A program made the translations under genes and the position numbers. The notes below the pieces were generated by a model that ran no database searches, was not told the DNA's origin, and saw only the letters and a program-made list of their open reading frames with translations. Below are positions 53,001-64,000 of a stretch of 64,000 nucleotides of DNA, in pieces. Each line of letters opens with the position of its first letter. The stretch's first letter is position 1. The DNA is from Lingula anatina (taxonomy: Eukaryota > Animalia > Brachiopoda): assembly GCA_051362555.1 (NCBI GenBank), contig CM120641.1, positions 36,834,401 through 36,898,400 on the forward strand, read 5' to 3'.

Positions 53001-54235
53001 ATGATCAAAATTGAAAGTAACTTTCAGAAGTCATTACATATCATCCATTTGGCTTTACTAAATTGTTATATTAATATCACACAATAAGAGATAAAAAATA
53101 TGAAAAAATGTGAGATAAAAAGCATGTGTCATATGTGACCAAGTTGAATTCAAGAAGGCCTAATCTTTGCGAAACATCATATATTGAAACCAGAAATTCT
53201 GAACTTATGCATCACCAGTAAAAAGCTACTTAGTTAAGCTTAAAAATATGAAAAACTTTTATTTAACATGGGTAATACTTCATTGTTCAAAAACCCTACT
53301 GCTAAATCTGTTAAAATCAAGACTGACATTTGTCCAGTAACGATCAAGAGACTGAAGATCCCAGAGCAAACAAGGCTCTCTCAAGACATTGCAATACAGG
53401 TTCAAATCATCATATCATAATGCGAAAGCTTAAGTAAATGTACATCTGCAGTTTTACTATTAAAGTCTACCAACTGTAAGACTTATAAGAAAACCAGAGT
53501 CCAGTGCCATACTGTATTCTCATACACATTCCTGGGAGCGTCCACATAACACAACAGTAGTAAAATGGGATACTGGGAATATGTGACTGCATGTCAAATC
53601 TATTACATATTTGAAGGAGGCATGATTCTATAGGATATTCACACGATTAACAATAATTTATTCATTTAAACATTCTCCTCTGGACATCATCTAGCTGTAC
53701 CTTTTATATGACTGCAGAATAAACATACTGAAATGAGTGTATATTTATATCATATGCTTCATGTATCGAGAATTATGGGTTTGTGCGAAAAGAAACATGG
53801 TTATTAAGACTAAACCAATTTATCAACCCCTTATCCACCCCCCTTTTTATTGGTGACCAGTGAGTTAATGGCTAACTAGAAATGGTCAGTTTTCAAGGGT
53901 CAGATACCCTAAAAGATGAAACTTATACCAATGACAAAATAAAGCAATATGACTTGTACTTGAAGTGGTTAATTACCAGCAGACCTCTTTATAATTAAAC
54001 TCAACTTCAACTTGAAAGCATCTCACAGGAATAGGCTGATGTCACCGACAGAACAAAACGGAAGCAAGCGACATTGGTTACCACATTGTCAATCACAATG
54101 AGTCATGATCATTTGAATCCGGTGAACTTCGGGTTCTGTCACTACAGCCTACAAATGAGGATTTCACGTATTTTGTAAATAACTAAATAAACAACACTTT
54201 CCAATATAGGAATGCGTGATAAAAAGACAACTTAC

Positions 54236-54560
54236 CAGGGCCTGGTTGTCATCTGCTGTGATATTTAGCGGCCATGTTCGCGATTGATTTTTCTTGTTCA
54301 GGAATCTTATTATGGTGGATTCAACATTCGCACTGCGTGAGATACTTTGGCCGAACTTGGCATATTTTTTCTCTACTTAGACAAGAAAATAAACCGTTGT
54401 AGGGAACAACTAGTAGAAGTATCTCATTACATTATTTATCATGAATTGTTTTCGCAAATGATCTAAACAGAGCAAGAAACACGAAGCTAAATTATCCAGT
54501 AAGGGGGGTTATACGCACATATGGGAATTTCTTTAATGACGTCACTCAATTGCCTACATA
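54236..54560 (-). promoter_or_regulatory. Candidate MAP3K13 promoter and non-coding first exon
   Basis: Locally CpG-richer. The minus strand has AACATGGCCGC (YY1-like, TSS-proximal motif) near 54278 followed by a CTG|GTAAG donor at 54235. A TGACGTCA palindrome is at 54537-54544. Confidence 0.45.
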
Positions 54561-55207
54561 CGCGATGCTATATTTAGCATAAAACTTTTTCTTTAAAGAA
54601 TAAAGTGAATTAAGTGTGACATAAAGCGATTTATCTCATTCAAACCATTTGTTAAACAAAATATTTCAATTCTGATCATTTGTATAAAAATATAATAATA
54701 GTGTCATTATCATATTATCACAAACTTTCTGAGTTATATCTAGGATCCCAAATATTTTGGATCCTAGGTTATATAGTGATTTCATTTGTAGAATTAGACA
54801 GCAAATTGAACTCCAAACGGTTTATACAATTTTATTCAATTTTACTAAAAAGTAGATTTAAGTTAATGAATTCTGACATAATTTTAGGAAAATTTTAGGA
54901 AAAAGCAAAAAATGGTTATTCACCTGTAAAAGAAACACGTACAGACAAGAAAAATGAGATGCACATTTTATTTTTTAAATTATCACAATTTTGCAGTATG
55001 TAAAAGTATGACTTATAATCTATGTATGTAAAATGCAGTTATAAATCAGGATGGTCACTGTTATTAAAGGATCCAGCAGACTAATTCTTTTGGAAAAAAT
55101 AATTAGACTGGTTATTACGTATATTGACAAATAGGGAACGTGGCCAGTTAACCAGATTAATTTTTATTGGTAGTACATTGAGGCTTCTTAAAGTGGATTA
55201 ACTCTCT

Positions 55208-55216
55208 CACACACAA

Positions 55217-55253
<37 letters not shown>
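55208..55253. repeat. (CA)n microsatellite
   Basis: Visible run. Confidence 0.9.
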
Positions 55254-55254
<1 letters not shown>

Positions 55255-55989
55255 CCTCACAGGGTAATAACATGACAGAACCAGTCAAACTGGTGTGATA
55301 CAGCAATTAAACTGTAAAATGTGAAAAGGGCCTAACTGTAATCAAGAAAAAGGGCAAAATATAATTCCGATAATACATTAAAAAACAAAAACAAAAGAAG
55401 AAAAAAGAAAAATCAAGGAACAATATAAAAGATCATACAAAGTACATAAAGTTGACAAAACCAGGGGATTTTTTCTTTATATTTGTGAATACACAATAAT
55501 ATTATAATCCCCATTCAGATCATTCAAAATATTACAAAATGAAAAAATGAGTGTCAGCAAAATTGCTGACTGTTGTAAAAAGTTGGAATGTAAATGTTGT
55601 AAAGGCAATATAAATGACATGAACATTGTAAATTTAATAATAATTAATGCATATTGACATCTATAATACAGCTATATGTTTTTGGCAATTAGAATTCAGA
55701 AATGTATGGGGCTGCTTATTTTCAAAATTATAAACAGGTGTATATATGCAGCACACATACCAGTACAGAGACTGCAAGCCGATTTCTATAATATGACAAT
55801 ATAAAATATTTCATTTGCAAATATCAGGAAGTCTTGACAAAAAAGTTGTCTATGAGCAAGCTGTTCAATAGAGGACATAAAGTGAGATAGACTTTTTGAG
55901 TTTCTAAGTCATATACTGTCATATATGTCATTATCATCATTTCAAGGCAGTAAGTGAAATGAAATATTTTTTTCAAAAATAATACTGTT

Positions 55990-58479
55990 TCATATATCAT
56001 AATATTCTGGCTTAGATGAACCACTCATTGTGTGATAGTCAAGATTTTCAACTGGTAAAAACCAGCGATATGTCTTCTTTCCACATATTTCAATGTTATG
56101 TATCTCATATCCACTTCCCATTCTTTTACCATGCAGTCCATACAACCTTCGCTCCATCAATAACAAGGCTTCTGATCTCAACTTTTTCCAACCTATTCCT
56201 TTCAACTGGTCAATATTGCTGTATGTGGCACTAAAAGCTGCTATCAACATATTCAGCAAGAGTAATACCACCAGAGCTAGAAAAAACATGTACAATAATC
56301 TTGCAATCACTGGAGAGTGCGACTTGTCAGTGTCATCGAATTCTGCAAGACCAAAGGTCAAATCATAAAATTTGAAAAGACTTCGTTCAAATGAGGACAT
56401 ATCAGTAGGGACACCTTCAGCTGCCTCTTGGTACACAACATACATCCCTGTTGCATATGCCAGTAACATAATGATGCAAACTTCCATAAAAAGAACGAGA
56501 TCACCAACTAACATTTTCCAGATCATTACAGTGAGAAAACCAGCACTCTGATTAGCTTTGAAGAAAAACAGACCAAAATGCCATGTAAAGACAACAGCAA
56601 GTGAAAGAAAAGTGTCTTCAGAATCATGGCGGAGCATGTGAAGAATAAACCAAGTAATGGTAAACAGAGAACTAAACCATGATACTGTACGAAAGGGATC
56701 TGGCTTGAAAATGACTGCCATGGAGGGTTTGTAGTTTCTCTTCCCAAAAAGTAGTTTAAGAGACAAGGCTACATCTACACACTCAAAGGCAAAGTAACAC
56801 ACTGCCATGATAACTACAAATATAGCACCTGCCATAAAAAGCTGCCCTTGGACATCACTCACAGTACTGTCAAGGCTCTTCTTGGTATAATATGTTGTAC
56901 TTGAGGCACATGAAGAGCTGCTATTAGATGCCTGTTGTTGCAGAGGTCTAAACACAGCGCACAGAGTGAAAATGATAGAATACAAAAGGTGGAGCATTGC
57001 CCATGTATAATGGATTGCTCTGTAATTCTTCCATTTGAGATCTATCAGCTTTTTGATAGGGGGAGACTGTAGACATTCTAAGGACCCTTTGCTTTCAAAG
57101 GATTTATGTTCATATATCAGTAGCTCGAAAGCACTGGAATTACCCTCTATTTTCAGGGTATCAACTTCAGTCATGTCATACAGTTCATATTTTGCAGGAC
57201 CGAATCGCCACAGTGTAAATTTGTACACACCTTCAGTACCTAAAATACTGTGAAACATTTCAGGAAAACCACACTTAGCTGCCAATGCCAAAGGAGTATA
57301 ACCATCCTTATTTGATTGCTGTAGCAGAGTTTGTTGCATGAAGCGAACCCCCTTTCTCTCTGGCATCATATTTGAGTTTCCTCTCATTTCTCTCATTCCC
57401 TTACAGTGGTAATGACATTTGAAGCTATTCAGCACAAAATGGTACATCTGAACTGCTAAATCTGCATTTTGTTCAGAGTACAGAACCAAGGAGTGGATGA
57501 TATTGTTTCCAGTGGTGGACTCTGTTTGAAAGGGACTTGCACCATACTGAATCAACTTATCAAAAAGACCATTGTAACCACACCACACTGAGAGAGTAAG
57601 GGGCAGCTCACTGGCCTTGAACTTCTCTTTAAAAAACGTCCCAGTAGCTGCAGTATGTAGAAGCTCACTCCTCTGGTCATCATTCAGTACTGACATCATT
57701 TTATCAATGGCTTCTATATTTCCATTGACAACAGCAAAGTGCAATGCTGTAGTTCCTTCATAATGACAGTGGGTATAAGGTTTCATGACCAGATTGGCTT
57801 TTCCGTGATCAATCAGAATTTTTGCAGCTTCTGTTTGATTGTAGATAAGAGCAACATGAAGTGGAGTTTCACTTAACTCCCCTGTACAGTCGTGCAACAG
57901 GAACTGGTTGGCAGATTGGCTATCCAAGCACGTTTTAATAACATTTAGAGTGACTTTCAGTCTGTTAACAAATCCAGTGCGAGCAACATACATTAACTCA
58001 TTCATGACTTTTGTCTTTTGGCTAGTATTCAAACAATGACTTATTTGAGCCATGTACGTTTTTACTTCTGGTGAATCTTCTGAACTTGTGCTTAAATCCT
58101 TTTCCTCTTGTAGAGTAGGCAGATCTGTATAGTGTGCAGCCATGTCAACCGAATTTCCACCATATTTCCAACAACAAGAGCAGCACATTGCATAGTCCGG
58201 GGCATCAGAGCTATCCTCTACATTCACATGACCATCAGGGGCATCAAAATAAGTAGCGAAAATTCTTGAACTTGGGTCACTTACAGGTACAACAGCAGAG
58301 TTACCATGTTCTGTGGCTCCAAAGTAGTCTCCTTGTATATTAGCCGTATCCCTATGTTCTGCCTGCAGATTGGAATCTGCTGGTCTGTGAAAGTCTGTGT
58401 CATCAAAGCCATCGTTAATTTTCCCCATGTCTTGAAACTCTGCAACTTGCGTAACAAGAGGAAGTTCTTGTCCAGCCAT
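55990..58479 (-). CDS. TRPV-family cation channel, 829 aa, single coding exon
   Basis: Ankyrin repeats (ETPLHVAL, GTTALHFAV, ELPLTLSV, GNNIIHSLV, GYTPLALAAK), the TRPV linker LWRFGP....LYDM, LIDLKW, six hydrophobic segments, pore LTFGLAE, and S6 LLLNMLIAAFSATY. Confidence 0.9.
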   Translation of the reverse strand: MAGQELPLVTQVAEFQDMGKINDGFDDTDFHRPADSNLQAEHRDTANIQGDYFGATEHGNSAVVPVSDPSSRIFATYFDAPDGHVNVEDSSDAPDYAMCCSCCWKYGGNSVDMAAHYTDLPTLQEEKDLSTSSEDSPEVKTYMAQISHCLNTSQKTKVMNELMYVARTGFVNRLKVTLNVIKTCLDSQSANQFLLHDCTGELSETPLHVALIYNQTEAAKILIDHGKANLVMKPYTHCHYEGTTALHFAVVNGNIEAIDKMMSVLNDDQRSELLHTAATGTFFKEKFKASELPLTLSVWCGYNGLFDKLIQYGASPFQTESTTGNNIIHSLVLYSEQNADLAVQMYHFVLNSFKCHYHCKGMREMRGNSNMMPERKGVRFMQQTLLQQSNKDGYTPLALAAKCGFPEMFHSILGTEGVYKFTLWRFGPAKYELYDMTEVDTLKIEGNSSAFELLIYEHKSFESKGSLECLQSPPIKKLIDLKWKNYRAIHYTWAMLHLLYSIIFTLCAVFRPLQQQASNSSSSCASSTTYYTKKSLDSTVSDVQGQLFMAGAIFVVIMAVCYFAFECVDVALSLKLLFGKRNYKPSMAVIFKPDPFRTVSWFSSLFTITWFILHMLRHDSEDTFLSLAVVFTWHFGLFFFKANQSAGFLTVMIWKMLVGDLVLFMEVCIIMLLAYATGMYVVYQEAAEGVPTDMSSFERSLFKFYDLTFGLAEFDDTDKSHSPVIARLLYMFFLALVVLLLLNMLIAAFSATYSNIDQLKGIGWKKLRSEALLLMERRLYGLHGKRMGSGYEIHNIEICGKKTYRWFLPVENLDYHTMSGSSKPEYYDI

Positions 58480-60958
58480 ATTGCACTTAGTCTAAACTTC
58501 ACCACTGGGAGCTTAAAGATGTCTGAAAAATGTAGATCTGTGAATATAATTTTGTTTTATACAGTATATTATAAACGTTCGACCACATCTGATTATAAGG
58601 CCATATTATCAATTGATTATTTCCTTTTATCTATTTGAAAAAAAAAAACTGTTAAAACATAATATGAAACATAACTTACAACGTGATACATTTAGCGTGT
58701 GTAACTATACAACTTTTAAACAAAGTTTTTCAACCGATTATTCATATATCACGCATGAAATAAAAGTTTTCGGGTCGAAATTTTCTGCATTGCGGAACAA
58801 ATTAAATTTATTAATTAATTTATTTATTCATTCTTTTTTAAATATAGCCCCTTTAAGTTTGGTTACTGTATGATTTTACTTACCTATATTTAGCTCAATT
58901 TAATTTAATTCTCCTTCGCAGCTAGTTTATATACGACGTGAGTGACTAGTACTAAATAGGATTACTAGCCAAATGAAATCACTACTGTCAATACATCAGA
59001 TCAATCATAGCTTTAATTGAACGCTAAGTATTAAATAACAGAAGCATTTTGCCTCATCAAATTGGCACGGCTACAAAACAAACATCTTCACCAGGCACTC
59101 CATTCTTTGATTGCGGTGGCATAGCCACGGTTTGTTTGGGTAGCACTAAGGGAATGAAAAGAATAATACTTACCACCGATTTGTCCAATTATGTACTAAA
59201 CAAGACGAGCCCTCACCATCAGCAAACACTTATAATTAGTGTCAAGTCTTGACAAAGCAAGGAGTTATAGCAGTTATAATTCCTTGAACTAACAAACTTA
59301 GCAATATTGTTTTAAATACAATATTTCTATATAGGCCTATTAGCTGCTAAAGTCAAACTTAAGACGCATCTTGAAACTATCAAATACACATACTACATTT
59401 TATCTTTCAACATTTTAGATGCCTTTTACTGGACACAGGGTTCTAGTTTCACAGAGCCATTCAGGGTAAAGAACTGTCAATGCAATACGATGCAAATCTA
59501 TTGTTTTGATGTTCACGCAGCAAAACTTGGCAAAAGACGTAGCCAGGAAGTTTGGGAGGTCTGCTTTCTCAGCTGGGACAGGTGGTGTCCATTTAAACAC
59601 TAACTGAGGAGGACTAAGACCCAACTTGGTTTTGTCTTTGACATTTCCTCCTTATTGTTTTCTGCAAATTATCACTGAAACTAGGAAAGCAATTATGTGA
59701 CAGCACATTTTCTTGAATGAAGTCCTATAGTGACTATAATTTTTTCAAATGGTCATTCAAAAATCAATGAGAGTATCAGTGCAGGGGAGTAATGATATAT
59801 GAGACCATATTGATGCAGGTTATATCATAATTTTGACAAGAGGGAGAAGCGATTAAGGGATGTAAAGACATGACTCGATCCCTTGCTAGAAAATATCCGA
59901 AAAAGAATCATTCTAATCTTTCACTTTTTTTTTCAAAGGTTAATCTTTATTTCTTCTTTTCTCAACAAATGTTGCTCATTGACCAACACTTGCTACAGTG
60001 CTTTATCAAAAGTTCTCAATGGTCAAACAATGGATTCAAACAGTTATAATTTACAAGTTCAGCCAGGCTATATTCATCTAATGAAAAATGCATGATTAAA
60101 ACAAATCTTTGACATGCCTAAACATATTAAAGCCTAGACCAAAGTTTAACAATTTTACACAATTACATCAAAAATTTTTTGTTATATCATCATCAATAAC
60201 TCTATCTTGTTCAAGTTATGGTACATAAGTAAGGTGCTACTGCATTTAATGTTTCCCTTTTCAAACAATAGCATGATTTAAACAAATGAAATTAATAGTG
60301 AAAACATTCTCATTGCATTACATTGCAACCCTTCCATTAAAAATGTTAAAGTGTAAACAAAATAGGGATTAAAATAACAATTACAGTGCAAGTATAACCT
60401 ACAATGTCTATGAAATATAACATGATAATATGAATTAAACCAAAGACAATGGTTAATAATATAGCACCAAAGTATGTGATATGTAACATTATGTAATTGC
60501 AATATGTCATACATGTTAAATGTTCTGAAAAATACAATTAAAAGTAAAGTGCTGTATAAGTATTCACTGTTCACTGTTGCAAAAATACAATAGGAAAACA
60601 TTGTGCAAATAAATATAAAATATGTAAAGCAAAGTTTTTACCAAAGCTCTAGTAAGAGTAATGAACATATGTACTCTGTTTAATAAAGGCAAATTTAATT
60701 AAGGGTATTCAAAATGTGGCATATAAATTGGCTTTAAAGCACAAAAAGTACAATACTAGAATTTCTTTAAGCAAACCTTTATTACTGGCAGACTTAAGGA
60801 CAAGCATTAAAGAGTGAAAAAACTAAAATAAATAAGTATGGCACAAAAACATTTTACAATGAAGAATAAGAATTTTTCCCAAGTATTGTCTAAATACTGC
60901 ATAATAGATAAAATGTGGAATAATAATAATAGTAATAATTAATACATATATTTCTCAT

Positions 60959-63900
60959 TTACTGTGGATGAACCACAGTAAATCCATTCTCTACACTTGT
61001 GTATGGACCTCCAGAACCAGAATGTGTAAAGCTATTGGCTCTACCATTGCTCTGCATTGTCCCTGTACGCACTGTGTTGCTGCCACCTGACACCATGGTT
61101 CCAGTGCGAACATTATCATCAGGATGGGCAGTAGATCTTCCATAGGTGGTCGTAGTATGGACCCCAGTCAGTGGAGCATGGACGCCAGCCAGATGGGCAT
61201 CAGGTAAATCTTCCGGGCGTATGGTCACACTACCTGTATGCATTGTTCCACCAGCAGATCTCTGAGATGGCAAGTCATCAGCACGGAAGGTAAGGCTTCC
61301 AGAGTGCAGGGTTCCATTGGGGCTTTGAACCATTGGAGGGGCATGCTGCTGTACCACTTCTTCAGTGTGAACGGTCATGCCATGTTGGGGCACTGGTGAA
61401 CCAACTTCTGGTCGGAAGGTCAAACTTCCTGAATGCCATGACTGACCAGTGGGCTGAGGTGGTGGCGGTGGGGGTTGGGAGGAGGTCACCTTTTCTGTGG
61501 TCTGAATAGTAAAGCCAGCAGTTTGAGGAGGAGGTGCTGCCCTCTGGGTTTCTGTTGTCTGGATGGTAAAACCAGCAGTTTGTGGAGGAGGTGCTGCCCT
61601 CTGGGTTTCTGTTGTCTGGATGGTAAAACCTGCAGTTGGTGGAGGTGCAGCTCTTGTTGTTTCTGTCGTCTGGATGGTGAAACCAGCAACTGGTGGTGGA
61701 GCAGCCATTCTAGTTTCAGTTGTCTGAATAGTAAATCCTGCTGTACCAACTGGGACACCATAAGCTGAGCCATCCCTGCTGCTGTATATGGATTCTGAAT
61801 ACACAGAAGCGGCAGGACCAGAATCAACATGGTTCATGGAAGACTGTCCAGTGCGGATTGTGACGCCGCCATTGCTGCTTCCACCTGATCTCATAGTGGA
61901 GGTCCCACCAGCAGTAGTGGCATGAATGGTACCAACAAAGGCAGACTCTGCAATCTGGGCCTGCCCTCCATGCTCTCCACCTGCCAAGCCAGCAACAATG
62001 GTGTACTCATCTGTCCCTTGTGCTGCCGCTGCTCCCTGCTCTCCTCCAGCCAAACCAGCCACAATGGTGTAGTTTGCATCAACCTCATCTGCTGCCTCTA
62101 CCGCCTGCTCGACACCACTTCTCTCCATGCTGGCAAACTCAAATTGCTCTCGCTCGATCCTTTCTTCATGGGAGTAACCACCTGCTCCACCACCAGCTAC
62201 TGCTACCACTCCCCCTGTGCTATGTAGCTCATCAAATTCAAAGGCTTGGTTGTTGAAGGAATCATATCCCTAGAAAATCAAGCATTTTTCTCATTAATTA
62301 ATAGGAGGTAATTGACAAATAATATTTCTCCAAAAGGATGAAAAAGAGCGCAGAATATCATGGTTACTGCAGCTGAGAAAAGAATATCATGGTTACCGTA
62401 CATATCTAACACTAGAGACAGTGATTGAAAAATACTTACATATGCACTGCCTGCTCCATATCCATATCTAGAACAAAGGAAAAGATTCATAAATATTTCA
62501 TCATTTGTGTCATATTGTAAAACCTTAAGTATATTTCTCACTGTCACATCATACAAATTCAATTTTACATTTAATAAGTAACTGGGAATCTTCAAAGTAT
62601 ATATTATTTGTTTTAAAAAAGTTGTTTACTTTATTCTTTAAAACACTTACCCTGCACCAGTTCCCGCTCCTGCACTTACTGCAGCTGAGAAAAGAAGCAA
62701 ATCCAAATAAATGCTTTTTTTTTCTATCTAGTTTATTTAAGTTAAATAAAATAAACTTTCTTAAAAAGCTACTTTTAATTACCCTTATTGTCTCTTTAGT
62801 TGCTTTTAGTCCTATTGTTGGTTTGGAATCAAATCCAAAAATTATCAAACATACTTAAAATATTTCCTTTTATTTAACACTCAGTAGATTCTGCAGAACT
62901 TGTCCCCTTGTAGGTTGGTTAATTATCTCAAACAAATCCCTTGAAATAGATATAATTGTCTTTGGCATCATCTGGAATTACTTTGAACATAGCCTTGCTT
63001 GAATCTTTGCACACAAATCTTGCAGTCTCAAAGTGTCCATTTCTGAATACAGACCCAGTGGCAAGGGGTTCGGGATGAAAAAAAAAAAAAAAAAACACCC
63101 TTTTGGCCATAAAGACCTGGTCCGGATCAAAATTTGATCTATGTTTTATGCAATTTCTCAAGTTGGGTCAACTAATGGGGGTAAAATGTCCAATTTTTTT
63201 AGACTCCCTGAGTCCCATGAGGTTTTCCGGCTATAGGCCAGGTATATCATATTGTCTAAATTCCTTTGATAAAAATGTCAATTTTCTTTTCAGAGGGAAG
63301 AAAAGCTCCAGCAACACAAGTCTACTCACCTAACTTTTCTTTTCCAGCACCTGCACCAACAGGGGCACAGCACCTTTAATAGATACAAGTAGATCTTGTT
63401 AACACTACTCTTTTATATCTATCCATATTTAAACAAGGTCAAGCTCAACTCTGACAGATCGACACATTTACAGTTAATATGACAGACTTGAGATACTATA
63501 AACATTGTATAAGATATTGAAAGCAATACTCAATCAAGAGGGTGAATACCACATAACAACCTTAGACATACAAACTTATTAATATGGCATGTTACTTACC
63601 CTCCACAGCACTTAGCACAGCATGGTAAACAACAACATAACAACAACAGTAGCAGTAATAACAATGCCAGAAGAGCTGCAATGGCTCCAGCAAGGGCACC
63701 CCAATCTACTCCTCCACCAGTCGAAGCTGCAGCTACACCAGGCTGAAAGAAACAATAGTCATATCGTAACATTTTCAATTCATGCTACTGGAAAAGAAAT
63801 GTCAGTTACAATGTTAAGTTACTGATAAAATGTTAAGCACAGACTGTCAATAAGTTACACCAGTGACAACTCAAAATCAGCAGAAAAGGCCTTGTGATAA

Positions 63901-64000
63901 GGTGTTCTTTACGTACCTGTGCATCTGCCACATGTAATAAAGCAAACGCTCCTTTTTCATCTCCTGTCAGCTTCCCTTTAAGTGTAGCTGCGACAGCTTT
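60959..64000 (-). CDS. 3' part of an unidentified single-pass membrane protein with a long low-complexity cytoplasmic tail; exons >64000-63917, 63742-63600, 63373-63330, 62684-62651, 62467-62440, 62269-60959
   Basis: Phase-compatible GT-AG exon chain (0,2,1,2,0) gives ...[86 protein letters not shown]..., joined in frame to the 416-aa ORF. The 5' part is outside the window. Confidence 0.75.
61490..61745 (-). repeat. Coding tandem repeat (five AGFTIQTTE cores, 54-57 bp period)
   Basis: AGFTIQTTET(Q/T)RAAPPP(Q)T-like units in the translation, with matching nucleotide repeats. Confidence 0.9.

Overview
AT-rich, intron-containing animal genomic DNA. An invertebrate, plausibly lophotrochozoan, origin is my inference from repeat style and protein divergence. 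It is not prokaryotic, so most short ORFs in the track are noise or exon fragments. Reading GT-AG splice sites and phases by hand gives six host genes: NAXE (+), MALSU1 (-), TMEM41A (+), MAP3K13/DLK-family kinase (-), an intronless TRPV-family channel (-), and the 3' part of an unidentified single-pass membrane protein with three micro-exons (-). The standout feature is an apparently intact ~4.46 kb tyrosine-recombinase retrotransposon (DIRS order, Ngaro/PAT-like, 31180-35642, minus strand) inserted 98 bp after the TMEM41A stop. It has two identical 80-bp direct repeats, gag and pol in frame across a single TGA, and an ATG-less recombinase ORF that a phase-compatible GT-AG intron would fuse to the SAM-like N-terminus of Gag. 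The window also has several MITE families (5-bp and 8-bp TSDs), Helentron-associated (HINE/DINE-like) elements and a splice-donor-containing minisatellite in MALSU1. TMEM41A and MAP3K13 sit tail-to-tail, as I recall they do in human. All gene models are manual predictions without transcript evidence.
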